Positions 29,231 to 37,622 of a stretch of DNA of 64,000 bases are shown piece by piece (positions within the stretch are counted from its first letter, which is position 1; every line of letters begins with the position of its first letter). Source of the DNA: Candidatus Poribacteria bacterium (GTDB lineage: Bacteria; Poribacteria; WGA-4E; WGA-3G); the NCBI GenBank assembly GCA_965242965.1, contig OZ251518.1, positions 2,656,001-2,720,000 of the forward strand. The letters run 5' to 3'. Below the pieces are notes generated by a model that saw only the letters and a program-made list of their open reading frames with translations, was not told the DNA's origin and made no database searches. Made by a program: the position numbers and the translations under genes.

Positions 29231-31909
29231 TCACCCAATCGATGCCAAGGCGATAACACTTCGCATCGCCGTTTGCAAAAGATGTCTCAGCAATTGATGC
29301 TCTGGCGCGTGCAGTTTCGCGTCCGCCTTTACCACGCGCGCCGCTTCCTGTTTCGCTGCTTCCAACAGCGAGGCATCCTTGAGGATATTCGCTATCTTAA
29401 AGTTCGGGATACCGGCTTGCTTTGTCCCAAAGAATTCCCCGGGACCCCGGATGTTCAAATCCTCCTCCGCAATTTCAAAGCCGTTGTTCGTTCGCACCAT
29501 CACTTGCACACGACGGTAAGCATCATTTGTCCTCGGCGTGGCGACAAGATAACACGCTGATGCATCACGCCCGCGTCCGACGCGGCCACGCAATTGATGC
29601 AACTGCGCCAAACCGAATCGTTCCGCGTGTTCAATCGCCATTAACGTCGCATTCGGCACGTCGATGCCGACTTCTATCACCGTCGTTGCGACGAGGATAT
29701 CGATCTGGCGTTCTTTGAACTGTGCCATCGTTTCTTGTTTTTCCGCCGCCTTCATTTGCCCGTGTATCAAGCCGACGCGCAGGTGCGGAAACACATCGTT
29801 TTGAAAGTGTTCCGCCATACTTGTCGCCGCTTTCAACTCTTCCAGCTTCTCAGATTCCTCGACGAGGGGATAGACAATGTATGCCTGCTTGCCCTTGCGG
29901 ACTTCCCTCTCCAATTTCGCGTATAACCGCTCACGTTCATTCTCTTTCACCCATGTCGTCTCAATCTTCTGTCTGCCGGGTGGCAATTCGTCAATCACGG
30001 AAACGTTTAAGTCACCGTAAATCGTGAGGGAGAGTGTCCTCGGAATTGGTGTCGCTGTCATGACAAGGACATCGGGTGTTTGGCCTTTATGACGCAGCGT
30101 TGCACGCTGCATCACGCCGAACCGATGCTGTTCGTCAATAATGGCGAGCCCCAGTTTATGAAAATCAACCCCTTCCTGTATCAACGCCTGCGTGCCGATG
30201 ATGAGGTGTGCTGTGCCATCGGTGATAGCAGCGAGTACGGACTCACGCGCCGATGCACGCAAATCGCTTTTGAGAAGCACCACATTGAGGCCGAGGGGTG
30301 TCAACAAAGATGACAGGGTATTGTAATGTTGTTCTGCGAGGATTTCTGTCGGCACCATCAGCGCGCCCTGATACCCGTTCTGAATCGCGCCGAGCAATGC
30401 CATCGCCGCCACGACTGTCTTCCCCGAACCGACATCGCCTTGGAGAAGCCGGTTCATCACCTTCGGAGAACGCATATCGGTTGCAATCTCGTTGAATACA
30501 CGTTGTTGCGCCCTAGTCAATTCAAACGGCAGTGCATCCACGAATTGCCGGAGAAGCGAGGGACAAGGCATATCCCCGCTCGCGGGGTTATGTCCAGGGG
30601 CATTAACCCGATGTTCCATCTCCAGCCGAAACGGGATGCCTTGCTGTGAAGTCTTCTGGTCCTTTTTCAATTCCATGCCGAGGCTCAGCAAGAAAAATTC
30701 GTCAAACGCCAGCCGTTTCTGCGCCGCGAGCCGATGCGCCTCCGAAGTCGGAAAATGAATCTCGTGGACAGCTGTCTGTCTATCGATGAGTTCCTGTCGT
30801 TTTCGGACGGCCCACGGTAAGATTTCGGGAATCTTGTCGCCGTACGCATCAAGCGCGGTGCGCATCCATGTCCGCACCATTTTCGCCGTCAGTTTCGCCG
30901 TGAGCGCGTATTTCGGCACGATACGTTTCGTGTGAATCAGCGTTTCGTTATCAGCTTCAAACACCTCAAACTCATAATCGGTCGCTTGAATTTCGTTGTA
31001 ACGACGCGAGAACTTACCACTGACGACCACTTCCGTCTCAATCGGCAGAATGGATTTGATGTAACCGATGCGCCGCCCGAAATTCACCAAGACAGCGACA
31101 CCGGTGCCGTCGTAGATAGAGACTTTCCCGACGCGCGTCTTCCCTTTCGCCGCCGGCGAACTCGCAGTGTGGTTGACAACCTTCCCCTGAATCGTCTCCG
31201 GCTCACCATCCATCGCGCGCCCGACATTGTAAATGTCTACTGTTTTGGATCTGTCAATGTAATCGCGTGGGTAGTGCTCAAGCAAGTCTTGGACTGAGTG
31301 AATCTCCAATTCTTCTTGCAACAGTCTCGCGCGCCGAGGCCCGATGCCTTTCAGATACTGCAGCGAATTCCTGAATACCGAAAGTTCATCGACATCCGTT
31401 GAAACGGCGACATCGGAAATCGGAACGGAATCCGACTGTTTTTCTGTCTCGTAGGGAGAGGAACTCTCCCTCACCTCGCCGAGATTTTCCTCGTGCGCAT
31501 AGGACGAGGGGTTGTTCTCCGCTGAGCTCTGGTGTGGTTTCCTACTCGCTGCCCGAAACAGCGGCAAATTCTCCGCGGTTGCGGTATTCGGCTTCTTCGC
31601 GGATACCGGCGGCGTGCTCTCCTGAACGCGACTCGCTAGTGACAGTGCCGTGTCAATCTCCCGCGTTGCAGCCTGAATCGCGGCATGCCGTTCATCAGGA
31701 GATAAGCGCGCGTAGTCCTCAAAAAGGGTATCCAGACGACGCAACACCGCTTTTTCGTCAGGTGTGAGAGGCAAGTCATCGCCTTTTTTTATCCAGAGAC
31801 GCACATAGTCGCCCAAACCGTTGATAACGACATCGTCACGGCAACCCTTTCGGGTTTCCTGTTGAAACGGCCGGCGGAGCGTGGTAAGAATTGTGTTGAA
31901 ATTGTGCAT
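29231..31909 (-). CDS. recG: ATP-dependent DNA helicase RecG with long N-terminal extension
   Basis: LKGIGP, RLLQGDVGSGKT, DEQHRFGV, MTATPIPRT, QLHQLRGRVGRG, RGPGEFFG; start inferred. Confidence 0.95.
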   Translation of the reverse strand: MHNFNTILTTLRRPFQQETRKGCRDDVVINGLGDYVRLWIKKGDDLPLTPDEKAVLRRLDTLFEDYARLSPDERHAAIQAATREIDTALSLASRVQESTPPVSAKKPNTATAENLPLFRAASRKPHQSSAENNPSSYAHEENLGEVRESSSPYETEKQSDSVPISDVAVSTDVDELSVFRNSLQYLKGIGPRRARLLQEELEIHSVQDLLEHYPRDYIDRSKTVDIYNVGRAMDGEPETIQGKVVNHTASSPAAKGKTRVGKVSIYDGTGVAVLVNFGRRIGYIKSILPIETEVVVSGKFSRRYNEIQATDYEFEVFEADNETLIHTKRIVPKYALTAKLTAKMVRTWMRTALDAYGDKIPEILPWAVRKRQELIDRQTAVHEIHFPTSEAHRLAAQKRLAFDEFFLLSLGMELKKDQKTSQQGIPFRLEMEHRVNAPGHNPASGDMPCPSLLRQFVDALPFELTRAQQRVFNEIATDMRSPKVMNRLLQGDVGSGKTVVAAMALLGAIQNGYQGALMVPTEILAEQHYNTLSSLLTPLGLNVVLLKSDLRASARESVLAAITDGTAHLIIGTQALIQEGVDFHKLGLAIIDEQHRFGVMQRATLRHKGQTPDVLVMTATPIPRTLSLTIYGDLNVSVIDELPPGRQKIETTWVKENERERLYAKLEREVRKGKQAYIVYPLVEESEKLEELKAATSMAEHFQNDVFPHLRVGLIHGQMKAAEKQETMAQFKERQIDILVATTVIEVGIDVPNATLMAIEHAERFGLAQLHQLRGRVGRGRDASACYLVATPRTNDAYRRVQVMVRTNNGFEIAEEDLNIRGPGEFFGTKQAGIPNFKIANILKDASLLEAAKQEAARVVKADAKLHAPEHQLLRHLLQTAMRSVIALASIG

Positions 31910-32054
31910 ATTTTCGCAAACCTGAAGATATGGGCAGGGAAACCAAACGGTGCTGCTATTCAAAAAGCAGTGCCACCGGACAAGAAAAGCCTTCAACGAC
32001 ATCCTCACAGGTAGTCGCAGTCGCGATGCCTAACAAATTGAAACGGCTATTGAC

Positions 32055-32150
32055 AGTATAGCAAATTTTGATAACTGTTGTCAAACAAAAATGAATTTTC
32101 CAGAAGGATTTCGTTTTTTTGTTGACATTTAATTGTGATTGTGGTATCCT
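32055..32150. promoter_or_regulatory. divergent promoters (recG and DUF1080 gene)
   Basis: Minus TTGACA-18-TATACT (32084-32055); plus TTGACA-17-TATCCT (32122-32150). Confidence 0.55.
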
Positions 32151-32206
32151 ATTTTTATGACTGAAAAAAGCGCGGTTGCAAACTGCAACCTAACAAAGGA
32201 GAATTC

Positions 32207-32878
32207 ATGAAAAATTTCTTTTTACTCGTGATAAGTTTTTGCGTTTTAGCACTCTTCGCATCCCCTGCTTTCGCAGGCGAACAGATGTGGACATTTGACG
32301 CAGACGCAGATGACTGGACACCCGCCAACGGCACATGGAGCGTCGAAGCCGGCACCTACAAACTCGCTAAAGGCGGGCGAGCCGAGCACTCCCTCATCGG
32401 TGATGCCGCTTGGGACGATTACACCGTTGAAGCGAAAGTGCAACTGGATGAAGGCAACTGGGCAGGTATCGTTTTCCGCGCGCAGAGCGAAATGGAATAC
32501 TACGTCTACTACCTCAACGTTCCGAATAACAAGACGGAACTCTGGCGACACAAAACGGGCGCGTGGGATGCCCGCGACAAAATCGGCGAACTCGCCGGCA
32601 CGAACGTCACCATAGCGAACGGCGAATGGTTCGACATGGAGGTAGTCGTCGAAGGGGCCGCTATGAAACTCTGGATTAACGGCGAAGAACAGGGCGAACT
32701 CACCGACGATACCGCCGAGGCTTATACCGCCGGCCAAGCTGGTGTTTGGGCATGGGAGACAGCGGCGAGTTTTGACGATTTCAACGTCTCTGGCGATGCC
32801 ATCGTCGGCGGTGGGACAACGGTTGAACCGCTGGATAAACTTACCACGGCGTGGGGCCGCCTCAAACGAACCCGCTGA
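32207..32878 (+). CDS. secreted DUF1080 / concanavalin-like domain protein
   Basis: Signal peptide; WDDYTVEAKV, AGIVFR, ASFDDF; C-terminal VEPLDKLTTAWGRLK. Confidence 0.75.
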   Translation: MKNFFLLVISFCVLALFASPAFAGEQMWTFDADADDWTPANGTWSVEAGTYKLAKGGRAEHSLIGDAAWDDYTVEAKVQLDEGNWAGIVFRAQSEMEYYVYYLNVPNNKTELWRHKTGAWDARDKIGELAGTNVTIANGEWFDMEVVVEGAAMKLWINGEEQGELTDDTAEAYTAGQAGVWAWETAASFDDFNVSGDAIVGGGTTVEPLDKLTTAWGRLKRTR

Positions 32879-32883
32879 AACCG

Positions 32884-34584
32884 ATGAAACGCTTTTGTCT
32901 GCTCGTTATCATGCTTATGTTCGTGGGGTGTATTCTCTGCGGAATTCACCCCGCAGCCGGTTTCCAAAGCGAACCGGTAGCGAAGATTCAGGAATACCGC
33001 GCCCAACTTGCAGCGGATGCTAATCAACCTGACATCCGCCTGCAATTGGCAAAGGTTTACTTGCACATCGAGGCTTATGCGCAAGCCAAAGCCGAATATC
33101 AGCATGTCATCGGCACAGCGGAAAAGAGAAAAAGCACCATGCCTTTAGAGGCTGAGGCATTCTACGGCTTAGGGTTGGCTTATGCGGGGCTTGAGCAGTT
33201 TGAGTTAGCGATACCGGCATATCAAAAGGCGCGCGCCATTGCCGCCGATTGGGGGCACATTCACGCCGCGCTCGGCAGTGCTTACGTGAACATGCACCGA
33301 TACGAGGAAGCACTTGCCGCCTATAACATCGCCGTAGAATTGCAACCTGACGCTGCGAGACTTCACCATCACCTCGGCACTGTCTACAGCAAACGTGGAG
33401 AACGAGACAAGGCACTGCGTCACCAGTTACGCGCGATTGCCCTCGCGCCGAAATTGGCTGCGGCGCATTATCAACTCGGGCGGCTTTATGCGCAGCAACA
33501 GCGGTGGCATGAGGCCATCGCTGCCTATCAAAACGCTTACGCGCACGATGCCGAATTGCTTCAGGCACTCTATCATCTCGCGCAGACATACCGCCGCCGC
33601 GGCGATACCGCTGCTGCGCGCGAGCACATGACACGTTTTGAGGAACAGAAGTCGCTGCTGCATCCGCTCCATCAGTTGCGCGGTGCGTTGCAACGAACGC
33701 ACGATGTAACCGAACGCGCGCTGATTTTCACCAACATCGGCAGGCTTTACCTCAAAAGCGGTGACGCTGAGAAAGCGGCCTGGGAATATCAGAAGGCAAT
33801 AGCGCAAGCACCGCAGTTGGCAACGGCTTATAACGGGCTCGGCATCGCCTATGCCTTGCAAGAAAAATTTCCGGATGCACTCGCCGCACAACAGAAAGCG
33901 TTGGAATGCCAACCGGACTTTGCGAAAGCGCACGCAGGACTGGGATTCGTGTATTTTCAGCAAAACCGCGCAGAACTCGCTTTGAAGCATTATCGGCAGG
34001 CCGTCGCGTTGGAACCGCAGTTTTTAGAAGCGCATCGCAAAATCGGACTCATTTTACTGAACCAAAAGCGATATGCCGAGGCAGGTGCAGCATATCAGAC
34101 ACTCCTGACGCTGAATCCGGGAGATGCCGAGGCGTATCATAATTTAGGGTTGTGCGATGCCTATCAAGGGAAAACCGAGTCGGCGTTGGATGCTCTGGAA
34201 ACGGCAGTCACCCTTTGTTTGGCGGCACCGAACCAACCGCCATTCCTCGTTGAAACGTATCACCTCATCGGGGAACTGCAGGCGGCGCGAGGCCAGGTGG
34301 AAGCAGCCGCAGCGGCGTATCTCGCATCGGGCTTGCCAAAAGCGTATCACGCCCTCGCGCAACTTTACGCGAAGCGCGGTGTGAAGTTGGCGGCTGCGCT
34401 TGCATACGCGCAAAAAGCGATTGCGTTAAATCCGAATGTTGCAAGGTATTACAACACGCTTGCGCGCATTGCCTTCCGAAAAGGCGCGTATCGCCAAGCA
34501 GAGACTGCCATCCGAAAAGCCATTGAACTTGAACCTGAAAATCGGAACTACCGCGAAGGGTTAAAACAGATTTTGAAGCGATAA
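32884..34584 (+). CDS. tetratricopeptide repeat protein
   Basis: Many AxAYxxLG..A.AY..A..L.P repeats; signal-like N-terminus. Confidence 0.9.
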   Translation: MKRFCLLVIMLMFVGCILCGIHPAAGFQSEPVAKIQEYRAQLAADANQPDIRLQLAKVYLHIEAYAQAKAEYQHVIGTAEKRKSTMPLEAEAFYGLGLAYAGLEQFELAIPAYQKARAIAADWGHIHAALGSAYVNMHRYEEALAAYNIAVELQPDAARLHHHLGTVYSKRGERDKALRHQLRAIALAPKLAAAHYQLGRLYAQQQRWHEAIAAYQNAYAHDAELLQALYHLAQTYRRRGDTAAAREHMTRFEEQKSLLHPLHQLRGALQRTHDVTERALIFTNIGRLYLKSGDAEKAAWEYQKAIAQAPQLATAYNGLGIAYALQEKFPDALAAQQKALECQPDFAKAHAGLGFVYFQQNRAELALKHYRQAVALEPQFLEAHRKIGLILLNQKRYAEAGAAYQTLLTLNPGDAEAYHNLGLCDAYQGKTESALDALETAVTLCLAAPNQPPFLVETYHLIGELQAARGQVEAAAAAYLASGLPKAYHALAQLYAKRGVKLAAALAYAQKAIALNPNVARYYNTLARIAFRKGAYRQAETAIRKAIELEPENRNYREGLKQILKR

Positions 34585-34645
34585 AGGTATATCCCTGAAA
34601 GTGGCGTTAATGCCACACAATGTGGGAGCCCTTCGGAAGGAAAAC

Positions 34646-34838
34646 GAAGCAGGATTTACAGGATTTACCATGATTATGAGCAGGATTTACAAGATTATCA
34701 CGATTTCACAGGATTAGGGTTTTGACGAATCGAAAGGTTTAGGCAGTTCCCGATGGTCTCGGGGCATTGGAGAGCTCATCTTGTCTTCTCTTGATAAATC
34801 CTGAAAATCCTGCTCATAATCCTGAAAATCCTGCTCAT
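34646..34838. repeat. CAGGATTT / AAATCCTG inverted micro-repeat element
   Basis: Left arm of iterated CA(G/A)GATTT, right arm of AATCCTG units; related copies 36307..36499 and fragment 47083..47123. Confidence 0.75.
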
Positions 34839-34859
34839 AAAACGTGAGGGAAACCGCAA

Positions 34860-36308
34860 ATGGAAACCTACGCAACGCTCAGGGAGTTTGTCAAAGCACT
34901 CGACCGCGCTGGCGAACTCAAACGTATCAAAACAAACGTCTCCCCCGACTTGGAAATCACCGAAATCACCGACAGGGTGAGTAAAACCGGCGGTCCGGCG
35001 CTCCTCTTTGAAAACGTTGAAGGCAGCCGCATGCCGCTGTTAATTAACACTTACGGTTCTGCGAAACGGATGGCGATGGCACTCGGTGCCGAGGACCTGG
35101 GCGACATTGCTGCCGAAATTGAAAGCATGATTAAACTCAGTCCCCCAGAATCGCTCCTTGATAAGGTAAAGATACTTCGCCTCCTCTCACAGTTAACGAA
35201 CTTTCCTCCGAAAACTGTCAAGCGCGGCGCGTGCCAAGACGTTGTCCTGACGGGCGAACAAGCATCGTTAGATGTGTTGCCGCTCATCAAATGCTGGCCC
35301 CTTGATGCCGGCCGCTATATCACCTTGCCGCAGGTGTTTACGCACAGCCTGCGCACCGGGCAACGCAACGTCGGCACCTATCGCTTACAGAAACTGAATC
35401 CGTATGCGTTAGCGATGCACTGGCAGATTCACCACGACGGCGCGGCACAGCACCGCGAGTATCAGCAGGCAGGACAACAAATGCCCGTGGCCATCGCCAT
35501 CGGCGGTGATCCGGTGATGGGCTATATCGGCACCGCACCGCTGCCATCGGGTATCGACGAACTCCTGTTCGCCGGCTTCCTCCGTAAAGCGAACGTGCCG
35601 ATGGTGCCCGCGAAAACCATTGATATGCTCGTGCCTGCCGATGCAGACATTGTCATTGAGGGATATATTGAACCTGACGAAACCTGCATCGAGGGGCCCT
35701 TCGGAGACCACACCGGCTTTTACTCGCTTGCCGATGAATATCCCGTCTTTCGCATCACGGCGATAACGCATCGCAAAAAACCCATCTATCAGACAATTAT
35801 TGTGGGCAAACCGCCGATGGAAGATTGCTATATGGGCAAAGCCACCGAACGCATTTTTATGCCGCTCATCAAAACGCAACTGCCCGAACTCGTTGACATG
35901 AACCTGCCGTTGTTCGGCGTATTCCACAACTTCGCCTTCATCGCCATCGACAAACGCTATCCATTCCACGCCAAGAAGATAATGCACAGCCTGTGGGGAC
36001 TCGGGCAACTGATGTTCAGCAAAATCATCATCGTCGTTGACAAAGACGTGAACGTCCAAAACGTAGAGGAGGTGCTATTCTATGTCGGCAGCAACGTCGA
36101 TCCGCAGCGCGATGTCACGATAGTGGAAGGCCCCGTTGATGTGTTGGACCACGCCGCGCCGCTGATGGGTGCCGGTTCCAAGATGGGGATTGATGCGACG
36201 ACGAAATGGGCAGCAGAGGGGTATGCCCGCGAATGGCCGCAAGAAATCCGCATGGATGCGGATATGATGGCGCGCGTCACCGAACGGTGGAAGGCGTATG
36301 GATTCTGA
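34860..36308 (+). CDS. UbiD family decarboxylase (menaquinone/futalosine pathway type)
   Basis: GPALLFENV, RNVGTYR, MHWQIHHDG, EGPFGDHTGFY, GKPPMED, KMGIDAT. Confidence 0.9.
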   Translation: METYATLREFVKALDRAGELKRIKTNVSPDLEITEITDRVSKTGGPALLFENVEGSRMPLLINTYGSAKRMAMALGAEDLGDIAAEIESMIKLSPPESLLDKVKILRLLSQLTNFPPKTVKRGACQDVVLTGEQASLDVLPLIKCWPLDAGRYITLPQVFTHSLRTGQRNVGTYRLQKLNPYALAMHWQIHHDGAAQHREYQQAGQQMPVAIAIGGDPVMGYIGTAPLPSGIDELLFAGFLRKANVPMVPAKTIDMLVPADADIVIEGYIEPDETCIEGPFGDHTGFYSLADEYPVFRITAITHRKKPIYQTIIVGKPPMEDCYMGKATERIFMPLIKTQLPELVDMNLPLFGVFHNFAFIAIDKRYPFHAKKIMHSLWGLGQLMFSKIIIVVDKDVNVQNVEEVLFYVGSNVDPQRDVTIVEGPVDVLDHAAPLMGAGSKMGIDATTKWAAEGYAREWPQEIRMDADMMARVTERWKAYGF

Positions 36309-36499
36309 AGCAGGATTTTCAAGAGAGCAGACATGAGCAGGATTTACAAGATTTATCAAGATTAGCAAGATTGGAGGTCTGATAGACCGAACACGCCGTG
36401 GACTGCCAGAACCCCGCCGGTCTATCAAAAATCTAATCCTGTGAAATCCTGTGAAATCGTGTAAATCCTGCTCAAATCCCTGCTCATATCCCTGCTCAT
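36307..36499. repeat. CAGGATTT / AAATCCTG inverted micro-repeat element
   Basis: Same arms as 34646..34838. Confidence 0.75.
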
Positions 36500-36511
36500 G
36501 GGAGGGAGACA

Positions 36512-37606
36512 ATGTCAAAAACAGTTTACGATGTCGCCGTTATCGGCGCGGGCCCGGCAGGAACGCAAGCCGCTGTTTCCGCGAGCCATCAAATGAAACA
36601 TGTGCTGGTGCTACACGCCGGCAAAGTCAGTTTTAGTCGCGGGCGCGCGTACTGGTCCAAGTCCGTAGAAATTGAGGATGCGCCAGTGTTCCCCGGCATC
36701 ATCGGGCCGCACTTTGCCAAAGCACTCATGAAGTGGATGGAGAGCCGTCCCGTCGGTGACTTCAGGCTTGGCATGGAGAAGCGGAAGACAGGCATCGAGA
36801 TTCGCGATGGCATGGTTACCCACCTCACGCGGATACCTGATGCAAAAACGGAGGACAGCGGCATCTTTGAATTGGAAGCATCCACTGCGTCGCTGAAGAA
36901 AAACGCGCTGCTGCAGGTTGAGCGTTTCCGCGCGCGCACCGTTGTCGTCGCCTCTGGATTTGACGACAAGTGGCCCGATATTGAATTTCAGGCAGACGCA
37001 GAACGGTTGTATAAGCAATACGCAACCGTCTTCCGCTACGCGGGCAATCGGAAAGGCTGGCACGTCTGCATCCGTTGCGATGGCCATCTGCATGTCAACG
37101 AACACCTCGCCATCCTCGGCGTGGGCGATTATATTTACGAGGCGGCACTCGGCGCGCAGGATTTTACCGACAAAATTACGATTCTGACGAACGGCCGCCC
37201 TCACGGCATGTCACCGCCCGTGCTGAAACAAGTGGAAGAACGGCAGATACGTATCGTTGAAACTAAAATTAAGCGGCACATCGGTGAGAAGACAGACCTG
37301 CTCGGATTTGAGATGGTAGACGGCACCGAACTTTACTTCCACGGCTTCCTCGTGGACGAGGGATTAATTCCCAACACCAAGTTTCTAGAAGGCTGGGACT
37401 ACCAAATTGACGATGAGGGATTAATCGTTACGAACGAGGATATGCAGCTGCTGGACAGCCACGGCGCGCCGATACCGGGGCTTTTCGCTGCGGGCGATAT
37501 CGTCTCTGGACAGCGGAATCTGATTGCGACAGCGTTTGCCCTCGGGCAGGAGGCAGGGTTATCTGCCTCCGATTCACTGCGGCAGTGGCACTATCCCGAA
37601 GAGTAA
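36512..37606 (+). CDS. thioredoxin-reductase-like FAD/NAD(P) oxidoreductase
   Basis: VIGAGPAG, CIRCDG redox motif, PGLFAAGD. Confidence 0.8.
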   Translation: MSKTVYDVAVIGAGPAGTQAAVSASHQMKHVLVLHAGKVSFSRGRAYWSKSVEIEDAPVFPGIIGPHFAKALMKWMESRPVGDFRLGMEKRKTGIEIRDGMVTHLTRIPDAKTEDSGIFELEASTASLKKNALLQVERFRARTVVVASGFDDKWPDIEFQADAERLYKQYATVFRYAGNRKGWHVCIRCDGHLHVNEHLAILGVGDYIYEAALGAQDFTDKITILTNGRPHGMSPPVLKQVEERQIRIVETKIKRHIGEKTDLLGFEMVDGTELYFHGFLVDEGLIPNTKFLEGWDYQIDDEGLIVTNEDMQLLDSHGAPIPGLFAAGDIVSGQRNLIATAFALGQEAGLSASDSLRQWHYPEE

Positions 37607-37622
37607 GTAAGGAGTCAACACT

